Of a DNA stretch of 64,000 bases, positions 54,049-64,000 are shown piece by piece. Numbering within the stretch: the stretch's first letter is position 1; each line of letters begins with the position of its first letter. A program made the translations under genes and the position numbers. The stretch is from an uncultured delta proteobacterium (GTDB lineage: Bacteria; Myxococcota_A; Polyangia; Polyangiales; Polyangiaceae). The stretch lies in the NCBI GenBank assembly GCA_963696385.1, contig CAVOKF010000004.1, forward strand, positions 1,107,705-1,171,704, written 5' to 3'. A model generated the notes under the pieces. That model had not been told where the DNA came from. It made no database searches and worked only from the letters and a program-made list of their open reading frames with translations.

Positions 54049-54643
54049 CTAAGGCACTTGGAAGTCTTGGCGGACCGTGAGACCGCACGAGAGGTATTCC
54101 GCCTCGAGGGGCGGGTGCTTGCTCGCCAAGTCGCCGTCCAGGTCGCAGAAGATGAGCTCCCGCTCGCCGGCCGTGAGGAGATCGGTGGCCTTCGAGAGAA
54201 CCGCTCCTAGGACCATCTCGTCGAACGGCTTGAGGGATTTCACCGTGAAGACCTTGAGCGTCCGAGCGACTACTGCGGGTGACGGATTCGATCCGCTCCA
54301 TGGCCCCGACGGCCGTCTGGATTTGCTGCTCGAGCGTCGAAAGCGCCGTCTTTCGATCGGCGTCGGCGAGGTCGCGAAGCTTTTCGATTTCGCCCTTGCT
54401 GAAGAGCGTCCGATCGGCGAGCCATCGTCGCAGCGCGAACTTCATCATCGCGTCCGTGAAGCCGAGGTCCTCGCGGATGATCCGGTCGCTCAACGTGCGC
54501 CACACCTCCGACTGGGAGCACCAGGGCACGTAGAGGCGAAGGTTGACGCCGTCGTTGCGTGCGAACAGCTTCTGCGCGTCTTTTGACGGCGAGGGGCGGA
54601 GCAGTTCAACGAGGAAGTTCGTCTCGACGAAGACGTGCTTCAT
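54049..54643 (-). pseudogene. PIN-domain protein, frameshift near 54280
   Basis: MKHVFVETNF, conserved E (SQSEV), PFDEMVL, FCDLDGDL. Confidence 0.7.
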
Positions 54644-54653
54644 CTGCGCGTCT

Positions 54654-55058
54654 CTAGGCCACCTGGCGGACGTGGGACCCCGAGACGGCGGGCACGATGT
54701 CCGTGATGAACGGAGCTGCGATCGCACCATCCATCGGCAGTGCGGCATTCCACCCCGCTGCCATCGACCGGAGCCAGTCGAGCACGCGCTGATCGAGGGA
54801 GCGCTGGGCCGCCGGAACCCGGGTCAGGAGCGGGTCCGTGGCGACTCGGCCATCCTCTTCGAGAGAAGCAGGCTCAAGCGACGTGTAGGTGTCGCGGATG
54901 ATCACGCACTCGTTCGCGTCGAAAAGAAGGCCGTTCGGGCAACCCAACCCAACCATTCGCTCCTTTAGTTGGGCGATGGTCGCGTCGTCGATCCTCGCCG
55001 TTGTTTCGACGACCAGCGCCGGCCGCGAATCGGGGGGGTGCGTCACCAGGAAGATCAT
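54654..55058 (-). CDS. Hypothetical protein upstream of the PIN gene
   Basis: 134-aa ORF ending 10 bp before the PIN start. Confidence 0.6.
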   Translation of the reverse strand: MIFLVTHPPDSRPALVVETTARIDDATIAQLKERMVGLGCPNGLLFDANECVIIRDTYTSLEPASLEEDGRVATDPLLTRVPAAQRSLDQRVLDWLRSMAAGWNAALPMDGAIAAPFITDIVPAVSGSHVRQVA

Positions 55059-55243
55059 TCCCCCAGCTTAATGCTCGACCGGCCCAAAAGCACGCTGCTC
55101 CGTGCGCGCGGGCCGTCGGGCCCGCACCGCGTAAGCGCGCCTCTGCTCACTTCTCTGCCCATCGACCACGGGCTCGCTCCAGAACGCCTCGCCGAGCCGA
55201 TCGTGCTCGACGACAGCGCTCGAGCCGGTGTGGAATGTGGCGG

Positions 55244-55440
55244 ATGGCCTGGTCCCCCTACCAAACCGCCTTGCGCAACGCTCTGGCGTCGCTGTTTCCT
55301 GACCGCGAGGACACCCGCGACCTGCTTGACGAGGCGGGGATCCCCGTCGCCCAGGTCGCTCTGGGCCATCGCCCAGCGTCGAACTGGCATGCGGCGATTC
55401 GCGAAGCAGCCAACCAAGGGAAGCTCGAGGCTCTCGTCGC
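55244..55440 (+). pseudogene. Effector-associated domain (EAD1-like) fragment
   Basis: LRNALASLFPD...DEAGI...NWHAAIREAANQGKLEALV; stops at the repeat boundary CAAATCGG. Confidence 0.65.
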
Positions 55441-55459
55441 CAAATCGGACTCTGAACCG
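55441..55459 (+). repeat. Left-end fragment of the repeat family (site J) at the IS110 junction
   Basis: CAAATCGGACTCTGAACCG versus site A CAAATGGGACTCTGAACCG. Confidence 0.55.
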
Positions 55460-55855
55460 GTGGCGTGGGCAAGGGTTTTCGCGCAGAGAGTTTTCTTTTT
55501 TTCGTTTCGGAGTGAGCTGGGTTCTTAGAATTCAATGGACGTTTCCCTTCTCGGCGCTTGAGGGCGCCGGAGCACGGTGACAGTAAGGGGAGCGCTCCGA
55601 ACGCGCGGCTTGGCGAGCTACCTCTCGATTGACTCTTCACGTTCATCGGGCAGCGAAGTTCGCGTCCAAGGCCCGAGACGTAGATTTGGATTCGAAGCGG
55701 TGGAACGAGACGCAATTTTTCGCACGAAGTACAGTCACGTCTCCACCGGAGCGGAGATCGCAAGAGCTTCTACCAATTTGTCGCGTTCAACGTTCCTCCA
55801 GATGGGGTGCTCTTAGGCTACGCGCTCAAGGCGCATCGGAGACAGTCGTGACGAT

Positions 55856-56788
55856 TCATGTCATGGCGACGTCCTCCGAAATCTTGTTGCGGCGAGGAGC
55901 CCGCCGTTGGAGTTTCTTGGCGGAGCGTTCGAGCGCCTCCGCATTCGCGTTTTTCGAACGAGCCTCTCTGCGAGTGCCCTTTGCGCTCGCCTTGGCCTGT
56001 CCCACCGGATCGTAAGCGGTGCCGTCGCGCCACATCGCCCAGAGGACGCCGGCGAGTTTTCGTGCGATGGCGATGGCGGCGATTCTCTTGCCTCGCGTCT
56101 TGGCGATGCGGTCGCCCCACTGGCGAATCGGGTCGTCCATGTCGCGTGACCTGAGGATGAGCCACGCCGCTTGGACGAGCATTTTTCTCGCATACGTGTT
56201 GCCCTGCTTGGTGATCGAGCCTAGGCGCCGCTTTTCAGGTCCGCCTGTCGTCAACTCCGACGGCACCAAACCAAGGTACGCTCCGACTGCCTGCGCATTG
56301 CGAAAGCGCTTCGCCTCGTCGATCACCGAAACGAAGGTGGACGCCACGATAAGGCCGACGCCAGGAGCGGTGGCGAGAAGTTTCGTGATGGGCTCACGCA
56401 TCGCCATCTCCGAAAGCGTCCGTTCGACCTTGGTGAGCTCTTCTTCGACTCCGACGAGCACGGCAAGGAGCGGCGCGATGAGCGTGCTCGTCGCGTCGTC
56501 GAGCGAGCTCTCGCGAACCTTGTTCACAAAGTTCTCGGTTGTGCATGTGGGAAGGAGCACGCCTGCCGCGCGCCCGAGCCCGCGTATCGTCGTCACATAC
56601 TGCGCACGTGTTTCGACCAGCGCGCCGCGCACGCTCAACTGCGCGCGAAGGGCTCGGCGGGCGGGAGACAGAATGTGCGCCTCGGGGATCCGTCCTTGGT
56701 CTACGGCACGTGCGGCCGCCTCAGCATCGAGAGCATCGTTTTTGCGCTTGTGATGCGCGACGCCCATCGCACGCACCCGCGTCGTATC
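55856..56788 (-). pseudogene. IS110 family transposase, 5'-truncated by IS66
   Basis: KNDALDA, APGVG, AYLGLVP..TTGG, GSITKQGN, AIARKLA. Confidence 0.9.
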
Positions 56789-56849
56789 GTAACCGCTGCA
56801 TAGAGAGGCGTTCTTCCGCGGGGTTCGATTCGTGGGCAAGCTGGGGCGC

Positions 56850-57233
56850 ATGACGAAGGAGACGGAAGCGAAGTGGGTGGAGCGCATACGGGAATGGCGG
56901 GCGAGTGGACTTTCTGCCGAGAATTTCGCGAGGACCAAGGGGTACAAGGCGTCGACGCTGTGTTGGGCAGCGTCGCAAGTGCGGCGCTCAGCCGAGTTAG
57001 CTGCGCCGACGTCGCCGCGTTCAGGGGAAGCACAAGGCGGGGGACGGGCAGAGCGGCAGACACCGTTATCCAGCAAGGCGCCGCGGTTTTTGCCTGTGCG
57101 TCCGCGTGCTGCCGAGATGACGGTTGCGGAGATGGTCGTCGAGATCGGCGCGGCACGGGTCCGTGTGCTTCGCGGGTTTGATGCGTCGCTTCTCGGTGAG
57201 GTGGTCCGCGCGCTGGGAGGGAGCTCCCGATGA
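56850..57233 (+). CDS. tnpA: IS66 TnpA
   Basis: WVERIREWRASGLSAENFA. Confidence 0.85.
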   Translation: MTKETEAKWVERIREWRASGLSAENFARTKGYKASTLCWAASQVRRSAELAAPTSPRSGEAQGGGRAERQTPLSSKAPRFLPVRPRAAEMTVAEMVVEIGAARVRVLRGFDASLLGEVVRALGGSSR

Positions 57234-57592
57234 TCCCGGCCGGGGTACAGGTCTTCGTGGCACTCGAGCCGGTGGACATGCGGTGTGGATTCGAGCGTCT
57301 CTCGGCGATGGTTCGCGAGCGTATGGGGTACGAGCCGCGCAGCGGGGCGCTCTTCGTTTTTGTCGGTCGCCGCCATCAGCTCGTGAAGATACTTTTCGCC
57401 GACGCGACGGGGATATGCGTGTTTGCGAAGCGTCTCGACAAGGGAGTATTTTCACTTCCCGCGTCGCCGGCAGCGGACGCGTCGCACATCGAAGTCGACG
57501 AGGCCACGCTGGATGCGCTGCTGGATGGTCTGCAGATCGCGCCATCGCCCGAGACGTCCACGCGACCCTCGCGCCGACCTCGCGTGCACTGA
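57230..57592 (+). CDS. tnpB: IS66 TnpB
   Basis: PVDMRCGFERL, LFVF..VKILF, KRLD. Confidence 0.92.
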   Translation: MIPAGVQVFVALEPVDMRCGFERLSAMVRERMGYEPRSGALFVFVGRRHQLVKILFADATGICVFAKRLDKGVFSLPASPAADASHIEVDEATLDALLDGLQIAPSPETSTRPSRRPRVH

Positions 57593-57658
57593 CTCGCAGG
57601 CGCGAAAAAGTCACGACGAGCTATGGACAGCAATCTCTGAATTGCATACAAGACGTGC

Positions 57659-59461
57659 GTGCTGGACGCGCGGAGTGCGCAATCCCAACAAGACGACGAG
57701 CGCTTCGTCGCAATGGCAAGCGAAGTCGCGTCGCTGCGCGGCGATAACGCGTCGCTGCGTGGCGAGCTCGAGAAGGCCCAAGACGCGCTCGCCAACTTGC
57801 GTGTCCGATATCGTCAATTGCTCGAGGAGCTTCACCTGCTCAAGCGACGTCTGTTCGTCGCGAAAGCCGAGCGCCTCGACGATATCGCCGACGCGCAGCT
57901 GGCCTTCGACAAGCTCCTGGCCGAGACGCAAGCCATCAAGAAGGTGCTCGACGCCGCCGCCCCATCGGACGAGCCGAAAGAGGCCGCCTCGCCTGCGCCG
58001 AGCGATAAGCCGCGCGAGCGGACGAGAAATACGGCTCCGACGGGCCGGCGCGATCTCTCCAAGTGCGACTTGCCCGAGATTCGTGTCGAACTGTCCGACC
58101 CCCAGCTCGAGGGAAAGGCCGAGCGAATCGGGGTCGAGGAGACCTCGCGCGTGGCTTTCGAGCGCGGCGGATACCGGCGCCTGATCGTCGCGCGCGTCGT
58201 GTACAAGGAGCCCGAGCCAAGCCCACCCCCTCCCACCGAGGGCCCGACCGACGGGCGGATCCCGGCTGCGCCGACGGAGCCGTCGTACCGGTTCATTACC
58301 GCGCCGATGCCCAAAGAGATCATGGCGCGAGGCATGCTCGCGCCATCGATGATCGCCCACGTGCTCGCCATCAAGTACGTCCTGGGCGTTCCCTTCTATC
58401 GCTACGAGCAGCAATGCGCGCACGAAGGCTTTGCCCTCGATCGCGGCACGATGTGCCGGTACTCCGAGCACGTCGGCGCAACCCTCGGCTGCATCGTCGA
58501 GGCGGCGCGCAAAGAGGCCATCGCGACCGCGTTCTGCTTGTCCACCGACGCCACCGGCGTCGCGATTCAGCCCATCCCCCTGCACGACGGAACACACCAG
58601 CCCTGTCGCAAGGGACACTTCTTCGTCACGCTCGCCGACAAGGATCACGTCTTTTTCGACTTCCAGCCCAAGCACACCAGCCTCGCGGTCTGGCAGATGT
58701 TCAAGGGGTTCTCCGGCTACGTGCAGGCCGACGCCCACGCGATCTACGACGCGCTTTTCAAGGGCCTCCCCCCCGACGGCGCCGACGACAAGCCCGGCGA
58801 GTGCGGCCCGCCGCCGATCGAGGTCGGATGCTTTTCGCACGCGCGCCGCAAGTACTGGGAAGCCGCCGTCTGCAAGCACCCGCTCGGCCTCCAAGGGGTC
58901 CGTCTCATCGACGCCATCTTCGACGCCGACCGCAAGCTCGCGAAACTCGCGCCCGCTCAGCGCAAGGCGCAACGCGACCGAACCGTGCGCCCGCTCGTCG
59001 ACGCCTTCTTCACGTGGGCCCGCGCCGAGCACGAAAAACGCCCCGAGCGCGGGCTCGTCGCCACCGCCCTCGGATACTCCATTCGCCACGAGAAGGCGCT
59101 CCGCCGTTTTCTCGACGACGGTAGGCTCCGCATGGACAACAACTCCGCGGAGCGCGAGTTGAAGGTCATCGCCGTCGGCCGCCGCGCATGGTTGTTCTAT
59201 GGCTCCGACGACCACGCGGGGGCTGCCGGCAACACCCTGTCGCTCATCGCCTCGTGCAAGCTCCACCGACTCGACCCCGAGCTGTACCTCACGGAGATCA
59301 TCCGCATCCTGCCGTACTGGCCCCGTGACCGGTACCTCGAGCTCGCCCCGAAGTATTGGGCCGCCACGCGCGCACGACTCTCGCCCGACGAGCTCAAGCT
59401 GCCGCTCGGGCCTATCACCGTGCCTCCGCCCCCCTCGAAAGAGCAGACCTCGTCGAACTGA
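57659..59461 (+). CDS. tnpC: IS66 TnpC
   Basis: TDATG, QADAH, CFSHARRK, DNNSAERELK. Confidence 0.93.
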   Translation: MLDARSAQSQQDDERFVAMASEVASLRGDNASLRGELEKAQDALANLRVRYRQLLEELHLLKRRLFVAKAERLDDIADAQLAFDKLLAETQAIKKVLDAAAPSDEPKEAASPAPSDKPRERTRNTAPTGRRDLSKCDLPEIRVELSDPQLEGKAERIGVEETSRVAFERGGYRRLIVARVVYKEPEPSPPPPTEGPTDGRIPAAPTEPSYRFITAPMPKEIMARGMLAPSMIAHVLAIKYVLGVPFYRYEQQCAHEGFALDRGTMCRYSEHVGATLGCIVEAARKEAIATAFCLSTDATGVAIQPIPLHDGTHQPCRKGHFFVTLADKDHVFFDFQPKHTSLAVWQMFKGFSGYVQADAHAIYDALFKGLPPDGADDKPGECGPPPIEVGCFSHARRKYWEAAVCKHPLGLQGVRLIDAIFDADRKLAKLAPAQRKAQRDRTVRPLVDAFFTWARAEHEKRPERGLVATALGYSIRHEKALRRFLDDGRLRMDNNSAERELKVIAVGRRAWLFYGSDDHAGAAGNTLSLIASCKLHRLDPELYLTEIIRILPYWPRDRYLELAPKYWAATRARLSPDELKLPLGPITVPPPPSKEQTSSN

Positions 59462-59537
59462 ACGACCGTCGTTCACGCACGCGAAGATGCCCCTTGCCCC
59501 TTCGGCACGCCATAACGCCTCTTCGTGCAGCGCTTAC

Positions 59538-62500
59538 GCGGCGCCTTTAGAGTGATCCACTTCTGGCGACCGAAGTGATCCACCCGTCGCCGGGGTCGGG
59601 GTGGCGGCAGCGGCGGGATCGTGACCCACCCCTGGCTATCGGAAAGGGCGCGCGTCAGGGCCGGTGGCTCACCCCGAGGTGCTCGGCCGGGCGAAGGGGG
59701 GAACCGCCAAGACGCCGGTAGGACTCGCGAGCGCTCGGGCCCGCGGCTCAGTGCGGGAGTCCGGCTATCAGAAGGTGTTGTCGTCGGTGGGATCGTGCGC
59801 GGGTGGCATTGCCGCTTCGCGGACGGCGTGGCGGTAGCGCCAGAGCGTTTCGCGCAAGGTGGCGGCCCTGCGGCAGATCGTGTGGGCGAGGAAGACGACA
59901 GGGCCTTGGTCGCGTGGCCTATGGAAGTCGTCGATGAGCGTCTGGTGCTCGGCCAAGAGCGCGTCGGCAGCGAGGTCGAGCGCGTGTTCGAGCAGAATGA
60001 TGGAGGCGAGCTCCGGCGCGACGACGAGGTCCGGGACGCGGGGCGGAGGCGGAGCGGGTGGAACGCGGCGCGGGCGCCTCACGGCGCCGTCGCCCGAGTG
60101 GGTGCGACCGGCTTGCCGGCACGCTCGGCAGCGACGTGCTGGCGGTAGCTCGGTCCGTCGATGTCGATACGAATGGCATGCATGGCGAGCCGATCGAGAA
60201 TGGCGGCGGCGACGGTCGCGTCTCCCAGGTAGCGTCCCCACTGGCGCAAATCGATATTGGAAGTAGCGTACGCGGTCGAGAGCTTGCCGTGCCTGCAATC
60301 GACGAGGTTGAAGAGAGTATGGGCGGCGGTGGGCTCGTCGTCGCGCTGGCGCACCTGCCCCAGGCCGACGTCGTCGATGACGAGCAGGTCGGGTCGTGCC
60401 CAGGCCTTCAGGCGTCGGGGGTAGGTGCCGTCGGCGAGGCCGGCGTGCAGGTCGGCGAGCAGGTCGACGCACCGCGCGTAGCGCAGGGAGATGCCCTGCA
60501 CGCAGGCGCGCAGGGAGAGAGCCTTGAGGATGTAGTTCTTGCCGGTGCCGCTCTTTCCCGTGATGACCAGGTCGTCGTGGCGCCTGACGAAGTCGAGGCG
60601 GGCGAGCTCCAGCACGAGGCTCTTGTCGATCGAGGGTTGGAAGTCCCAGTCGAAGGCCTCGAGTGTCTTTCGCTCGACCAGGCCGCTGACCCGGATACGC
60701 CGGTCCAGGCGTGCGGCCGACTTGTGATCGACCTCAGCGGCCAGGACGTGCTCGAGCAGGGCGGTGTGTCCGGGTCGCTCGCGGGTGGCCCACGCGAGCC
60801 AGTCGTCGAGCGTGGAGAGCGTATGGGAGAGGCCCAAGTAGCCGAGGTGCGGGCGCAGGCGATCGATCACCACGACGGCCTCGTCAGAGGCCAGGCCGGT
60901 CACCCGGTCATTGGAGTCTGGTTTATCCGTTTTGGTCTTGGCCATCGGCGGTCTCCACGGGGCGGCGGGTGGCTGCGCGGCAGAGCGTCGTACTCGGCCA
61001 AATCAGCCGGGGGCGTGTGACGACGGGACCGAGCGCGTCATCGATGCGCTTGGCGGTGTCTTCGGTGACGTACTGGTCGAGGGTCCGGGGCGGAGCGCGT
61101 CGGGCGAGATGCGCTCAAAGAGGCCGCGTCGAGCGCGCCGAACCGAACGGCGTGCGCGAGGCCGGCGTCGACGCCGGCGCTGTCGTAGCGGGCACGCAAG
61201 AGCAGGATCTGCCAGGCGCTGGTGGGTCCAGACACGGGTCACGTGGGCGCCCCAGAGCTGGAGCAGGAACGCGGCGCCCGTCGCCCATCTGCTCGAAGGT
61301 GGCGCGCAGCTTGTCGACGTCGAGGGCGACCGGCTCTCTTGGCGAGGATGAGCCAAGCGGGTCGATTTGTCGCGCGTCCGCGCGGTCCAGCTCATAGCGC
61401 GCAAGGCAAGCGAGTTCGGCCCGTAGACGAACAGCTCCGTCTGCGTGATGCGCAGCGGCAGGAAGTCGGTCACATGGTCGTACGGCACGGCGTAACGGTT
61501 ACGGAGCCATTCGACGTACCCGTCGATGCTGCAGAGTCGATCGTGACCCGGGCGGTGTCGTACGGATGCTTGGGCAGCGGCCGCAGAGGAGGCGCCTCGT
61601 CGCGAAACCGATCGAGGGCGGACAGCGCGTGACGCTTGCGCGGGTCGACGACGCGAACGAGCCAGTCGGCGAGCTGCGCGGCGAAGTCGCGCGATCGCAA
61701 ACAGGAGGCCATTAAGAAGATCGCTCGTGCTCCCGAGAAGCTGCGTCGACGCGCGGCTTGGCGTTGGGTTTTCCTCGCACGGCGGCGGGCTGAATGCCGT
61801 AGTGCGCGGCAAAGGCGAGATACCGAGGATTGTAGATGGCTGGTGGCCTTCCCACCGGAGCACGACGGGCTTTGGCTGTCGTATTCAGCCCGCGGCGCAG
61901 CCGCCGAAGCGCGCGAAGGCGCGCTCGTGGCCGTCCATGAGCGCGAACAAGTCCGGCGAGCCGAAGACGTCGAAGGACTTGCGCTTCGAGTAGATCAAGA
62001 CATACGGGAACAGCTGCACAGTCTCGGAGAGGCCGGTCGTATACGTGAGCGTGTAGGGCGACGAATCGTTTTCGGCCATCTCACCCGGTCCGAACACCGG
62101 AGCTTCGAGGCTCGGCGTCGGCTTGCCGCTGGCCGCACGCGCCGCATCTTTCTTGACGGCGGTGTAGCCGCCTGGAATCCCTCGTCCTTGAGGATCTCCA
62201 GCACGCGCTGCGCGGTGATGTCCGGGTAGCGCGCGAGCAACTCGCTCACGCGACCCTGGTAGGCGTCGATCTTGCGGGAACGCGGCGCGCGCACGGGCGC
62301 AGCGGCCAGCGCGGCGTGCCCGTCGTCGCGCTCGCGACCGTGGGTCCGAGGATTTCTTGATGGTGTTCCGACTACCCCCAGCGCCCGCGTGATGGCGCGC
62401 CGGCTCATCCCCTGGGCCGTCAACACGACGACCTGGTGGATCAATCCTCGCGAGAGCGCCAGTGCGCCGTCATGCGCCGCTCGCTCTCTCGGTCACGGCG

Positions 62501-64000
62501 GTGATCGTTTTCATCAGGCCGCCCAGCACGCCATGGAGGTTGCTGATCGGGGCCGACGACGTCGGCGGCGGGTCCCGACGCGGCAAGCGGCATCCCGGCC
62601 AAACAGGCTTGAGGTCGCCCCGCGCTCCGTCGAAGGGTCGTCACGTCGAGCGCGAATCGTCTCGGCGATGCTCCTTGCAATGCGTGGGCGGCCGCGACGC
62701 GCAGGCCGACCCCCGTCGCGCCAGCGCACCAGCACCGCCTCGTGCCCCGGCCCCGAGTCGTCCGCGAGCTCGCGCACCAAGAGGGCCGTCTGCCGCACGG
62801 TGAGCCCGCGACGGATGACGACCGCGGAGACCGCCGGCTGGTTGCCACGTGGCAACGCCCGACGAGGATCGCTGCCGCGGTGCGAGCAGCCCGAGTCGAA
62901 CGTCGGCTTGGACCGACGAATCGAGCGCTTCGACCAGCATCAGGCGGCGACAGACCCAGCTCTTGTGGCAACGAAGCAGCGCAGCGATCGCCCCTTGCGT
63001 CACGTGATGCTCTCGATGCAGGGCGCGCACGATCCACGCCTCCTCGAGCGCGGTGAGCCCGCGGCCAGCGTGCAGCTCGCGCATCTGCACGGTGGCATCG
63101 ACGGCGCCAAGGTCGGTGACGACGGCGCGCAGATCGCGAAGGCCCAGCCCTCGCGCGGCGCGTAGCCGCTTGAAGCCGTCGAAGAAATCTCGACGGCGCC
63201 ATCCCGCTCGAACGCGCGCACGGCGGAGAGCTGGCCGTGCTGCTTGAGCGACGCGCGCATGGCGGCCAGCGCGCAGGCGTCGGCGAGGCGCAGCCGCGAC
63301 AGGCCCTCGCCGAGATCGGCGACGGCGACGAGGCGCTCGGCTTGAGCAGCGGCGGTCACGGCCGCGAATCCACCACGACTCGTCACCCGGCACGAGACCG
63401 GCCCGTGACGCTGGGCAGGTCCAGGCCCGATCGGCAGCCGTTTTCCCCAGCCTCCAGCGCGCAGGGTAGCTCGTGACATGGGCCCACTCTGTCCACTTTG
63501 GCGGGCCCAAAAGGGCCGATTTTCCGCAGAATTCGCCCCAGATCGCGGCGGAGGGTAGCTCGTGACAGGCTCGCGGCCTTGTCCACGATCTGCTGTACTT
63601 TACGCAATAAATGCACGCTGTTGCCGTCCGAGGGTAGCTCGTGACATCCGGCTGCCTTGCCGCCGTCCCGGCGCCTTTGCTGGCGTGCGCGCTCGTCGGC
63701 CCGCTGCTCGTCCAGGTCGTTGCGCCGCCTCCAGCACCGCCTCGACGGTTGCGGCGCTGGCCGCGGCACCCCTTCTCCGCACACAACTTGGTGATCGAGC
63801 GCGCTCACGGCAGGTGTGAACCACTTCCGGCACTCGCTGCATCGACGCCTGGACATCGACGCCAGCGTCCGGCGAGACGCCCTCGATCGCGCATTCCACG
63901 GCGCCCCCCTGGATCACGATCCCGCCGCCCGCGGCCGCCCCTTCAGGCCGGGCCGTGGATCACGATCCCGCCGTGCAGTGGATCACGACGAGGGCGCCGC
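59538..64000 (-). mobile_element. Second, inverted copy of the five-ORF IS21 element with many indels
   Basis: Reverse complement of about 22495-26976; istA and the ParB-like gene are fragmented. Confidence 0.93.
60079..60945 (-). CDS. istB: IS21 helper ATPase, copy 2
   Basis: Near-identical to 25572..26435. Confidence 0.9.
   Translation of the reverse strand: MAKTKTDKPDSNDRVTGLASDEAVVVIDRLRPHLGYLGLSHTLSTLDDWLAWATRERPGHTALLEHVLAAEVDHKSAARLDRRIRVSGLVERKTLEAFDWDFQPSIDKSLVLELARLDFVRRHDDLVITGKSGTGKNYILKALSLRACVQGISLRYARCVDLLADLHAGLADGTYPRRLKAWARPDLLVIDDVGLGQVRQRDDEPTAAHTLFNLVDCRHGKLSTAYATSNIDLRQWGRYLGDATVAAAILDRLAMHAIRIDIDGPSYRQHVAAERAGKPVAPTRATAP

Larger units (their letters stand above)
56789..59537 (+). 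mobile_element. IS66 family element (second type), no TSD
   Basis: IRs GTAACCGCTGCA / TGCAGCGCTTAC; flanks GTCGTATC versus GCGGCGCC. Confidence 0.93.

Overview
High-GC accessory region, probably from a myxobacterial (Polyangiaceae-like) genome or plasmid. That assignment is inferred from the FHA-sigma54 activator, the HU type and the IS types. Mobile DNA dominates: IS630 with three 100-bp MITEs, a five-ORF IS21 carrying a ParB-like gene (two inverted copies), an IS91/ISCR-like Y2 transposase, two IS66, one full and one partial IS4, IS1634, and IS110, IS3, IS5 and ISAzo13 remnants. Between these lie TA/defence genes (HicBA, VbhA-Fic, PemK-like, SIR2, PIN, EAD1), redox/stress clusters and relics of a Tn4371-like conjugation module. 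The most striking unannotated structure is a family of about 110-bp repeats with roughly 12 full or partial copies in both orientations between 27.9 and 55.5 kb. Each complete copy has an 11-6-11 dif/Xer-like core (..GCCCCTAA-N6-WTATGTKWCCG) with a variable spacer. These sites frame the IS91-like transposase, delimit defence-type gene modules, mark gene truncation points, and are hit at the same spacer position by an IS4 element. Protein family calls come from motif recognition by eye, not database searches. Many single-base frameshifts, especially after 60.9 kb, may be long-read sequencing errors.
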